From contig NW_027362762.1 of the NCBI RefSeq assembly GCF_046119375.1, positions 453,840,001 to 453,904,000 of the forward strand: 64,000 nt of DNA. Direction: 5' to 3'. This DNA is from Phyllobates terribilis (Eukaryota). The translations under genes and the position numbers were made by a program. Of the stretch, positions 24,573 through 39,337 are shown piece by piece; the first letter of the stretch is position 1; the number at the start of each line of letters is the position of its first letter. The notes below the pieces were generated by a model. That model was not told the DNA's origin and searched no databases. It saw only the letters and a list, made by a program, of their open reading frames with translations.

Positions 24573-26589
24573 AGAGTGTATGGGGGCCTTGTCACACCAC
24601 TTTAAAAATCTAACTTTTCTATACTTAGGATAGATTATCACAATTTGATCAGCGGTAGTCCGACAACCATTAGCTGTTACTAGCTGTTACGGAGGGATGG
24701 AAACATTGAAAGGAGGTGATCTGCAGTACTCGACAGCGGCTGCCATACACTGAATGGAGCTGCACAGTTCTGTAGTTTACATCCAGGTGTCGGGTGCTAC
24801 GTCATGGTGCCAGATGTCGGACCCCTGCCAATCTGATATTAAAAGAACATAGGAAATTAAGAAGTCCAATGGCGCTGTCCAATTAAAATCACCTTTATTG
24901 CTGATGTGTTAAAACCAGGATAAAATTGTAGTAAATTACAAAAACATTGAGAAATAATAGAAAATGTAACATGGGCTACACTGTTTAACCTATATTAACA
25001 TTTTTTTTTTACTGTTTACTATGGTTTTAACACACCACCAATAAAAGTGGATTCAATCAGACGGCACCATTAGACTTCTTGTTTTCCTACTAGCCTTGCC
25101 AATGGACCCAAGGAGTGATCCGCATAGGAGCCGGCAGGCAGTCTACACCTTACTGTGGTTGGTTACCTAGAGCAACAGGTGAGCGCTTAATTTTTAAAGC
25201 TACCTATATCACCTAGAACAATATCACACATGAAAGCGCCCTTGTCTCCCTGATTTTCTTTTTTAGTAAGGCCATGTTCACACATTCAGTATTTGGTCAG
25301 TATTTTACATCAGTATTTGTAAGCCAAAACCAGAAGTGGGTGATAAATACAGAAGTGGTGATGTGTTTCTATCATACTTTTCCTCTGACTGTTCCATTCA
25401 TGCGGATTACATGTGTTTTTATTGTGTTTCCACTACGGAAGTGCAATAAAAACACATATTTGTTTTTTACCTGCAGATTTTCTAAATGTCCCTCAAGTCT
25501 ATGGGGAAAAAACGGTAAATAAAAGACTTATTAACCGCAAGAGAAATTGACTTACTGCAGATTTCAAATATGCACCACAGGTTAGGATCCGCAGCGTTAA
25601 TAAACAGCAGAGTGGGCATGAGATGCATATAAATCCCATCTACTTTGCTGGAACTGCTGTGTTTTTTTTTGCACACAAAAATACACAACAGAAAGCATGG
25701 TCCAAATACTTATCATGGGAACTTAGCCTAAGGGCTCATTCAGACGTCCGAGGATCTCGGTCCTATCATGGACCGCAATGCCCGGACTGGCCGCAGGTCT
25801 CCCGACTGGAGCATAACAGCTTCATAAATTTCTATGTATGGAGACGATCAGGCCAGTACGTGCATTGCGGACGAGATCCTCGGACATCTGCCTGTGCCCT
25901 AAAAAGGTTTTTCTGTGATAAAAGTGTAATTGGTGCTGGTGATGAAGTGTCAATGTTTTTGGTGCCTTTTTTAGGCCATGTTCAAATTACATTTTAGCCA
26001 AACGTCAGTGGCTCCATTGAGGATTCCTACTGAAGCCCTGAAAAACGGGATGAAAAACGGGAGTCAGGCCTATCTGCCAAAGAGGCCATTGACTTTAATG
26101 AAGCAGATGCAGTGATTTTGAGCGGTGTCTCACCTTATTTTTGGCAGTGTCCACCTTTTTAAGGGAGGCACAAAAACGCAGTTGACCATCTAAAAAAGTC
26201 TGGACACTGCCAAAAATGAAGCCAGACAGAGCACAAAATGACTCCATCTGCCTCATTAACGTCTTTGCCCCGTCTGTTGATTTGCCTGAATCCTGTTTTC
26301 AGGGCTGCAGGAGGAATCTCTGACAGAGCCACTGATGTTAGAAGCATGATGTGAATACAGACTAATATCGCGCGTCTGCATATGGCTGTACGTTTTTGGA
26401 TTAAAACAGCATCAAAACTACATTGAGAAAAATGCATGTTTTTCAATGCATTTATTCGCTGTGCAGGTTCCACAGTAAAAATAGGTAAAAAATGTTTCTA
26501 CCATAAAAAGCTGATTACGGCATTGCAAAACTGACATTTTCATATGCAGCTTTATCCTATTTAACTGCATCATGTGAATTAAGCGGTTC

Positions 26590-30039
<3,450 letters not shown>

Positions 30040-30098
30040 TGTCTTTCTGGGAGAGAAGAAAGTAACTTATTTTTTTTTGTTTTGCTGTGAAGTTGTTT

Positions 30099-30104
30099 AA
30101 TAAA
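30099..30104 (+). terminator. Polyadenylation signal of eef1a1o
   Basis: AATAAA 60 nt after the TGA, preceded by a U-rich tract. Confidence 0.8.
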
Positions 30105-31394
30105 TGTGCAAAGTTTAACTCTACTTGTGTCCTGTGTGAATTGTCACATGAGCTATTAACTAGCTTATCCTTATCGGTTATACTAAACTACACTTAAGGG
30201 TTTGCCTGACCAAATTGGACCAGGTCCCAGTGCACACACTGAGCTGCAGGGATTTGCTGACTTCTGAGCCAGGACGGTATGTTATACATACTCCTTGCCA
30301 GGGCTTGTCTAATGGGTGAAGCCTTGCTCCATAAACTTGTATAGAGAGGTTGTGCCCACTGGGCTATGGCCAGGAGTATGTATTATGCATACCTACCCTC
30401 GGTACTGGCTCAGAAACCAGCAGATCCCCCGCAGCTCATGCACTAGGGGATTTGTACATCTGTAAACTTATCGATTTGGATGGACCACATCCTTTACTGG
30501 ATGGGTACCTGTGAAATTAACTCTGAGCCTATCAAGAACTTAAAACAGCCTCTCTACACTGATTTGAGATGCTAAAAAAAAAAAAAAACTTGTCAAACGA
30601 CATGATTCCTAAATTAAAATCTGACTTCAGCATGCAAGCATCGGACAGCGCATCACATGTGCTACCAGTGACTTGCATGTTGTAAGCTGCCATCTTCTGG
30701 CCAGCAGCATGTACTGCAGCGCATAGACTCGCATTCAGTTGACATAAGAGCTGGTGACTGTGGCCCCCCCCCCTTCCCACACACCATTACACCCCTATGT
30801 AAACCCAGCTGGAGCTACATGCAACATTGCCATGTCTTACAGATTACTGTTATGCACAAGCTGCATAATGTCATAGCAAATGTTTTTTTGCCAGTCTCTA
30901 CAACTGGCAGGTCACAGATCAATGAGTCTGATTCTTCTCCCATGCCTGCTGTGACAACCTCCAGGACAAGTGGACCCTGTCAAGTATCTGCTAGGTTGCA
31001 TATCTTGGCTGTGACACAAGTTGCCATGTAGCCCTAACCTAAAACTTGCTCTCAAACAAACTACTTAGAAATGGTGAGCGGGAGGTTACCACTCACTGTA
31101 GCAGAGTGGTAACAACAGCTGGTTACTAAGTGCGCATGTGCCCCTAGTAACCTGCTGTTTATCATGGTTACCAGCCTGATCGCTAATCACACACAGCGAT
31201 GTGTGCTGACCAGCGGGAGGGCAAAGACCAAAAAATGGTCCAGGACAGTGATCAGTGAGCTCACAGCAGGGGCCTGATCGCTGCAAAGTGTCACATAGCA
31301 ACATCGCTGGTGAGGTCGCTGTTGCGTCACCAAAACCATGACTCAGCAGCGATCTCGCTAGCGATCTCGCTATGTGAGACGGGGGCTTTAGATT

Positions 31395-33760
31395 CTCTTG
31401 TAACGGGTAGTGCCACAGGATTGGAGGATAGCCAATGCGGTACTGATATTTAAGCAAGGTAAGAAGGTGGATCCAGGTAACTACCATCCAGTAAGTCTGA
31501 CTTCAGTAGTGTGCAAAGTTTTTGAGGGCATCAGATGACCTGCAGAGTTATATCACAGAGAAGAATATAATAAATGATCCGCACAGATTCATGAAAAATA
31601 GGTAGTGTCTAACCAACATGTTGGGTTTCTATGAGGAGATAAGAGCAAATCTGGATGTTGATAATGCAGCTGATGTGATTTATCTGGACTTTGCAAAGGC
31701 ATTTGATACTGTACCACATAGCAGCCTTATACTGAAGCTACAGAAGCAAGGACTTGGGGGAACTATATGTAGATGGGTAAGGAATTGGCTAAATGACAGG
31801 AAACAAAGTTGTCATAAATGGTACGTTCTCTAAATGGGATATAGACTGCAGTGGGGTGCGGCAGGGATCTGTACTAGGACCAATTCTCTTTATTAATGAG
31901 TGATGAGAAACTCCAGCACCTTCTCCATAGCCATAACAAGAAATATAAAGTTAAAACGTCAATCTTATTGATTCCATTAAAAAAAAAAAAACACCATGTG
32001 TAAGGCAAACTGCGCATTTCGAACCAAACAAGGGTTCTTAATCATCGGTTAAAAAGCTTGTTTAGCTTAGAAAAACGACACCTCAGAGGGGATCTCATTT
32101 ACATGTATAAATATGTGTGGTCAGTACAAAGGACTAGCACATGACTTATTCCTTCTAAGGACCAGGGGGCACTCATTACGGGTGGAAGAAAGGCGATTCT
32201 GGCACCTGGAAAGGGTTCTTTAACCCCTTTACAGCCCATGCCATATTAGTATGCACATTTGCGTACCCCCCGTTCAGTGAGGGCTGCTGCACTGAGCCCT
32301 CACTGAACTGAGCACATGTCAGCTGATTCTTACAGCTGACATGTGCCCGCAACAGCCGCGGGTGGAATCGCGATCCACCCGCGGCTGTTAACTTGTTAAA
32401 TGCCGCTGTCAATCTCCGACAGCGGCATTTAACGCGCGCTTCCGGGTTGCGCGTCATAAGCCCTGCCCATCGGCGACCCCATCACCTGATCGCAGGTCAC
32501 CGATGGGTGGGCATGACAACCCAGGGTCTGCAGCAGACGCCTGTGGTTGTCATGATCTGGTCGCTATGAGCGCCACCTAGTGGTCAGCGCTCATAGCACA
32601 GGACCATTTCAGCTGCATGCAGGGGATCTGCTGGTCCCCTGTATGTAGCAGAGCCGATCAGACAACTGCTGCTTCTAGTCTCCTATGGAGACTATTGAAG
32701 CATGCAGTAAGTGAAAAAAAAGTTTTAAATATTAAAAAAATATAAAAGTTTAAATCACCTCCCTTTCGCCCCATTCAAAATAAAATATAAAAAAAAAACC
32801 TACATAGACATATTTGGTATCACCGCGTTCAGAATCGCCCCATCTATCAATATAAAAAAAGAATTAATCCGATCGGTAAACGGTGTAATGAGAAACAAAT
32901 TCTAAACGCCATAATTACGTTTTTTGGTCACCGCAAAATTGCAATAACGGGCGATCAAAACATCGGATCTACCCCAAAATGTTATCAATAAAAACGTCAG
33001 CCCGGTGCGCAAAAAATAAGCCCTCACCCAGCCACAGATCCCGAAAAATGGAGACGCTACAGGTCTCGGAAAATGGCGCTATTTTTTTTTTTACCAAATT
33101 TTGGAATTTTTTTCCACTAAAATATAAAATAACCTATACATGTTTGGTGTCTACGGACTCGTAATGACCTGGAGAATAAGAATGGCAGGTCAGTTTTAGC
33201 ATTCAGTGAACATGGTAAAAAAAATAAACAAACAACTGTTGTATTGCACTTTTTTTTGCAATTTTACCACACTTGGAATTTTTTTCCCGTTTTCCTGTAC
33301 ACTATATGGTAAAACTAGTAATAGCGTTGAAAAGTACAACTTGTCCCGCAAAAAATAAGCCCTCACACGGCCATATTATCCAAAAAATAAAAACGCTATG
33401 GCTCTGGGAACAAGGGGAGCAAAAAACGAAAAAGCAAAAACGACAAAACCCAAGGTTGCGAAAGGTTTAAAGTCAGAGCAGTCAGACTGTGGAATGCGGA
33501 CCACAAAAGGTAGTAATGGCAGACATTATAACAGCTTTCAAAAAAGGGCTTGATGATTTCCTCGATACAGGTAACATTGTGGGTTACAGTTAAATTAGAC
33601 AAAATGTTAAACTTATAGTTGTACATTTGATCCAGGGTTCTAGGACTGATTGCCTTTCTCGGGGTCAAGGAGGAATTTTTCCCCGTGATGCTAATTGGCT
33701 GAATGTGCCCTGGGGTTTTTGCCTTCTTCTGGATCAACAGATTTAGGTAGAGGGATTTTA
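31395..33760 (+). mobile_element. CR1 LINE remnant (RT fragment and 3' end), interrupted by a MITE
   Basis: PGNYHPVSLTSVVCK and VIYLDFAKAFDTVPH. The 3' segment GGAAAGGGTTCTTT|AGTCAGAGCAGTCAGACTGTGGAATGC is split at 32220-33470. Confidence 0.85.
32220..33470. mobile_element. piggyBac-like non-autonomous element (about 1.25 kb)
   Basis: TTAA at both ends; imperfect CCCCTTT...AAAGG inverted termini; near-copy at 54529-55702. Confidence 0.75.
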
Positions 33761-35425
33761 GTAATACCTTTATTAGAATCATAAGAGTAATACAAAAAAT
33801 AAAACTAATTGAAAAAAATATAAACTGGTTCATTTGTAATAGTGCAGTAATAAAAATGGTAATACATTTGTAAGTCCTAGTCCCAGTAAATTAGTGTAGG
33901 GAGTATAATTTGTGGAGAAAGGTTGAACTCGATGGACCTAGGTCTTTATTCAACCTACGTTACTATGTAAAATTGATACCAATAAAAACGTCAACTCGTC
34001 CCGGAAAAAACAAGCCCTTACATGACTGTCGGCCAAAATACGGAAAGATTATAGCTCTCAAATATGGTGATGCAACAACCAAAAAAAAAGTGTCTTTTAG
34101 TGTGTGACAGCTGCCAAAAAAAAACAATATAAATCTGTTATTGCTGTAAATGCATCGACCCGAAGAATAAAGTCGTCTAATCACTTATACCGCATGAGGA
34201 AAAGCGTAAAAAATAAATAAAACCAATTCTTCACCTGCTGTTGATTTTTTTGATTTTGCCTCCCAAAGATCGCAGTAAGGCTCGGCTCATATCTATCCTG
34301 CACTCTACACTGAGTGCTTACACTGGGGTTTCTGTGTAAACCTCTGAAATACGTGATTGACGGAACCCCCAGCGGAAGATTCCCTATAATGAGGCAGATG
34401 GAGACACTGTGAATGCAGTCTGATCTATGATCCTCCGGTGTCCTTTTTAGGAGTGCATAAAAGTGCGGTCCGCCACAGTTTTGTGCACTTCTGAAAAGAA
34501 GGAAAACACTGAACAGAGGCCACATGGAGTCCAGAGTAACTCTGCTGCCTCATTACAGTGAATGGACCCCTCGGGGGTTTCATCTGAATCACGGCACTCT
34601 GAGATTTAAATGGAAACCCCAAAGTAAGTGCTCAGCATAGAGCGCAGGATAAATGTGTTCCAAAATGTTATGTAAAATGTTCCCAACAAAAGCTTCAAAT
34701 CAATCCACAAAAACAGCAAGTCCCCACTCAGGTGTGTCATCTGTTAACGGAAATATAGGGGACGTCCACGTTACTGGTAGCAGAAAGACTCTGGAAAAGC
34801 GAAATGGCTCCTCGCCCCCAAAATAAATCCAGTGAATTCTGCGCTCCCAAATCCAAATGCCCCTCTCCCTTCAGAGCCCGAGTGTGCCTAAACCACATTT
34901 AGCATAGACATATTTGGCAGTATGGCTAAACTGTACTGTACAGCCACATAATGGGTATTTCTACATTAAGCAGATTGTGGGACAAATTTTTGTGCCATTT
35001 TTACCCATTTCCCTGTGTGAAAATTAAAATCTGGGGCTAAAAGAAAATGTTGGTGGTAGAAATGTAATTATTTTTTCTTCACTGCCCAATGGTATAAAAT
35101 TCTGTGACCCACCTGTAATGTCAATATGATCACTGCCCCCTTAGATGAATTCATTGAGAGGTGTGGTTTGTAAAATGGGGTTCTGATGTTCTAGCACCTC
35201 AGGGTCTCTCCCAGTGGGTCATGGCATACACAAACCATAACAGTAAAAGACGTAGTTACTTACCGGTAACGGGATTTCTCGGAACCCATGACGGCACCAC
35301 GGAGAGAGGGGATATGTCATTCAAGGACAAGAAACCTACAGATAAAAAGGGCGGCACCTCTCTCCCGCATCAGTTGGTTTATAGAGCATCGAGAGGACCG
35401 CCAGGTTAGTAACACAAATTTTTAC

Positions 35426-35428
<3 letters not shown>

Positions 35429-35480
<52 letters not shown>
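35429..35480. repeat. (TA)26 microsatellite
   Basis: Pure TA run between the DIRS 3' ITR and the ICR. Confidence 0.95.
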
Positions 35481-35484
<4 letters not shown>

Positions 35485-35576
35485 TTTTGAAAAAGGAGCT
35501 TGCCAGACACACCCTGTGACTATACAAAGGCAACAATCAAATGTGCGCACCCATGTGTGAAGGGAGGGAATGTACG

Positions 35577-35659
35577 GGTGCCGTCATGGGTTCTGAGAAA
35601 TCCCGTTACCGGTAAGTAACTACGTCTTTCTCTTTCCCCATGACGGCACCACGGAGAGA
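35577..35659 (-). promoter_or_regulatory. DIRS internal complementary region (ICR)
   Basis: 35577-35629 is the reverse complement of 35246-35298 (1 mismatch); 35627-35659 is the reverse complement of 45243-45275 (2 mismatches); the halves join over TTT. Confidence 0.92.
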
Positions 35660-35677
35660 TTTGCAGAGAAGTGTGGA

Positions 35678-36951
35678 TTAGGGAGGGACCACCGCTTCCA
35701 GAACCCTTCTGCCAAAGGTAAGGTCTGAAGACGAGGTTAGATCTAGCCGGTAGTGTTTAAAGAATGTGGAAGGAGAAGACCAGGTCGCCGCTCTACATAT
35801 CTGTTCGATAGAAGCCCCAGCCTTCTCCGCCCAGGAGGCTGCCACTGCCCTAGTCGAGTGAGCCTTTAGGCCCGCAGGCGCGGTTTCCCCGCTTGAGGCG
35901 TAAGCCAGGGAGATGGCGTCCCTTATCCACCTTGCCAGGGTGCTCTTGGAAGCCTTCCGTCCCTTCCGAGATCCCTGGAAGCACGCAAAGAGAGACCTAT
36001 CCTTCCTACACTCTTGTGTGGCCTCTAAGTATTGTATAATGCACCTCCTGACGTCTAAGATGTGAAGGGTCTCTTCCCCCTTGTTTTTTGGGTCTGAACA
36101 AAAGGAAGGGAGGGTGACCTCCTGTGACCTGTGGAAGAGGGATCCCACCTTAGGAAGGTACGCTGGGTCAGTCCTAAGTGTCACCCTATCTTCTAGGATT
36201 TGCGTAAAGGGGGGCCCTGCTGATAAGGCTAGTATGTCACTAATCCGACGTGCCGATGTGAGGGCTACTAGAAGGGACGTCTTAAGGGACAGGATTTTAA
36301 GAGACGCGTCCGCTAGAGGTTCAAGGGACACCTGGTCAGAGCCGAAAGCACAAGATTTAAGTCCCAAGGAGGCGCATTCCAGGAGGGGATGGGCCTGGAC
36401 CTATGGGATGCCCTGATGAACCTGGAGACCCATCTATCCCTAGCCAGGTCGCAGTTATACAGGGCTCCCAGCGCCGCCACCTGAACCTTCAGAGTGCTTG
36501 TGGCCAACCCCTGCTCCAACCCCTTTTGAAGAAACTCCAAGATAGCAGTGATGGTGGACTCCCCCACTACTTCCGACCCCGTGAAAGAAAGAAATCTTCT
36601 CCAGGTTTTACCGTAGAGTTTGGTAGTTACGGGTTTCCTACTCTGCAGTAAGGTGGAGATTAAATTGGGGGAGAACCCTCTATCCCTCAAGAGCGCCCTC
36701 TCAAACTCCAAGCTGTCAGGTGCAGGTTTGCTACCTGTGGGTGAAGGACTGGTCCCTGGGACACCGGATCCGGAACTTCCGGAAGGACCCAGGGGTCGGA
36801 AGTGGACATTATCCTTAGCCAGGAAAACCAAGGCCTCCTTGGCCAGAAGGGGGCGATCAGGATCATGTTTACCTCGTCTTCCCTGATCTTCCTCAGAACT
36901 GCCGGAATGAGAGTAATCGGAGGAAAGGCATACGCTAGCTGGTGGTTCCAT
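35678..36951 (-). pseudogene. DIRS tyrosine recombinase (frameshifted near 36340)
   Basis: ORFs 36313..36951 (SAM-like N-terminus, STLKVQVAAL) and 35678..36367 (R...HSTR...AATW...HY catalytic motifs). Confidence 0.9.
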
Positions 36952-37972
36952 GGGATCGAGAAGGCATCTAGCGCCGCTGGGTTCCCCCTGGGGTCGATCG
37001 AGCAGAACGTGTCCACTTTTTGTTTTGCCAGTTGGCGAATAGGTCTATGGAGGGGTGCCCCCAAACCCTCGTGATTTTGTCGAACACTAGCTGGTTCAGC
37101 TCCCACTCGCCCTGTCTCAGCTGGGTCCTGCTCAGGAAGTCCGTCGTGACATTCTCTGTCCCTTTTATGTGGAGTGCCGATAGAGACTCTAGATTCTTCT
37201 CTGCTACCCGGAGGATGGAACTTGACACCCGTAGAAGAGAATCGGACCGGGTACCCCCCTGGTGATTTAGGTATGCCACCATTACCCTGTTGTCCGAAAA
37301 CACTCTCACGTGGTGCCCTCTTAGCGTGTCTAGAAATTCTAAGAGGCCATACTTCACCGCCAGAAGTTCCTTCATGTTGGAGGATACCCCTTCCAAATCC
37401 TTCGACCAGACCCCCTGAGCCACTTGGTCATTTAGATGAGCCCCCTGGGGCTTGCATCCGTCGTTAGAATCTGAGATACTGGTATTGCCCATGGGACGCC
37501 TCTGCCTAGATTGTCCCCCTCTGTCCACCATGTCAGGGAAAGCAAAGTTTTTGATAAGGTCAGCCGACCTTCTAAGTGCCGTCAGTGACCTTTCCGCCCC
37601 CAAGATCTCCCATTGTAAGCCCCTGGTGTGCAACTGAGCCCAGCGGACCCCCGGGATGCAGGCAGTCATGGAGCCTAGGAGGGACATTGCTCCCCTCAGT
37701 GTCATATCGGGATGGTTCTTCACGTAGGACACTCGGGCCATCATGCTTTGGATTTTCTCTGCCGGGAGACGGCATTCCTGACTCCTTGAATCTAACAGGA
37801 TACCCAAGTACTCTTGCACTTGATCTGGTTCCAGCCTGGATTTTTTCAGATTCAGAAGCCAGCCTAAACTCGTCAAGGAACCCATGACTTTTGCTAGATG
37901 GTCCTTGCAATGGCTGAACGAGTTGCCTATAATAAGTAGATCGTCCAGGTACGGGACTATTAGGATATTCCT
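36687..37972 (-). pseudogene. DIRS RT C-terminus, RNase H and N6-adenine methyltransferase-like domain (frameshifted)
   Basis: PYLDD; TTDAS; SSNMKELLAV; VFSDN; DLFA and AYAFPP...IAPFWPRRPWF. Confidence 0.88.
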
Positions 37973-37977
37973 CTCCC

Positions 37978-39337
37978 TGTTATGCACACGCCCGGGCTAA
38001 GCGGCGTGTGCGTGTGATTGTAGTGATTCCACTGGACCGTGCCGGAGAGTGAATGCCTGGAGGGGCGTGACTAAGTATTCACCCGATCCGACCAGGGTCG
38101 CACGACGGCATACGACGCCAGTGCACCAAGGAGGAACCGAGCAGAGGGACCAGGTGCTACTCCAGGACAGACCCCGGACACGGCTGTTGACCCACACTGG
38201 GGAATACAGGAACAGGCTGGTAGGCTGGCACACAGACTGGTGGGTATAGGCAGGCACGACTGGTATGCAGGCAGGCGGGTATGCAGGCAGGGGGGTAAAG
38301 GCAAGCACAGCTAGAGTGCAGACAGGGAGGCACTAGCAGGTAGGAACACAGGCGGGATAGGACCCAGTACACACCGGGACTCAGGAACAATACAGGCAGA
38401 GGGTTACAGGCAAGCACAGCTAGAGTGCAGACAAGGCTGAGCAGGGAGGACAGGGCTCTGTTCACACGGAACAGACAGGAAGGGAAAGACAGAGCCAGAT
38501 ACTCACACAGTACTTGCAGAGACAACAAGCAGGAGTTAGGTACGAGTTCAGACTCTGCAGAAAAAGGAAGGGAACGGACATAGAGGCAAAACAGGTAAAG
38601 GACAGGAGAGAGTTCAGACTGGAACTGAGTGTACGGAGGAGACCGACACTGCAGAGGGATACAGGAGCGGGTCTGGGAATACGGCCCCCAGAGAGGCGGA
38701 ACGAACAGGCAAGGAGCGTGTTCAGACAGGACAGACCAGACGCAGGAGCGGGTCTAGGAAATCGGCCACTAGAAGGCGGAACGAACAGGCAAGGAGCGTG
38801 TTCAGACAGGACAGACCAGAGAACACAAAAAGGACACAGTTCAGACACGGGAGCTGAAACCGCAAAGCAGGAGACATACAGGACTCAGTTCAGACACGGG
38901 AGCTGATACCGCAAAGCAGGAGACATACAGGACACAGTTCAGACACGGGAGCTGATACCGCAAAGCAGGAGACATACAGGACTCAGTTCAGACACGGGAA
39001 CTGACACAAAAAGCAGGAGACAAGAGACGGGACCTGGCACCTTCAGAGTGCAAGCACACACTGAAGGAAAACACTATGCTCAGGCAGGGATAGAAGGGAG
39101 CTGCTGAGCTATATACCAAGTGACAGACAGCAATAGGCTGAGGACGCACAAGGGGTGTGACCCACAGCAGGTACAAAAGGCAGGAAGTGATCGGGCGCCG
39201 CCCTTAAGCAGCAGAAACAGACACAAACAGACAGCATGGAGGGAAGCCAGAGAGACATTCTGGACAGGAGATCAAGTGCGCCCTCTTGCACAGTGGGAGA
39301 TGGACCACCATGCAAGGACGCCGCCAGGTATGTTACA
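37978..39337 (-). repeat. 3' LTR of the Gag-only element
   Basis: Follows the PPT on the minus strand; contains a 49-bp x4 array (38832-39021) and an 81-bp x2 array (38662-38821). Confidence 0.95.

Noticed and set aside
24016-24633. Repeat array as CRISPR, or its repetitive ORFs as genes
   Set aside because: Head-to-tail minisatellite without unique spacers; the ORFs arise from stop-free repeat units. The same applies to 48758-49051.
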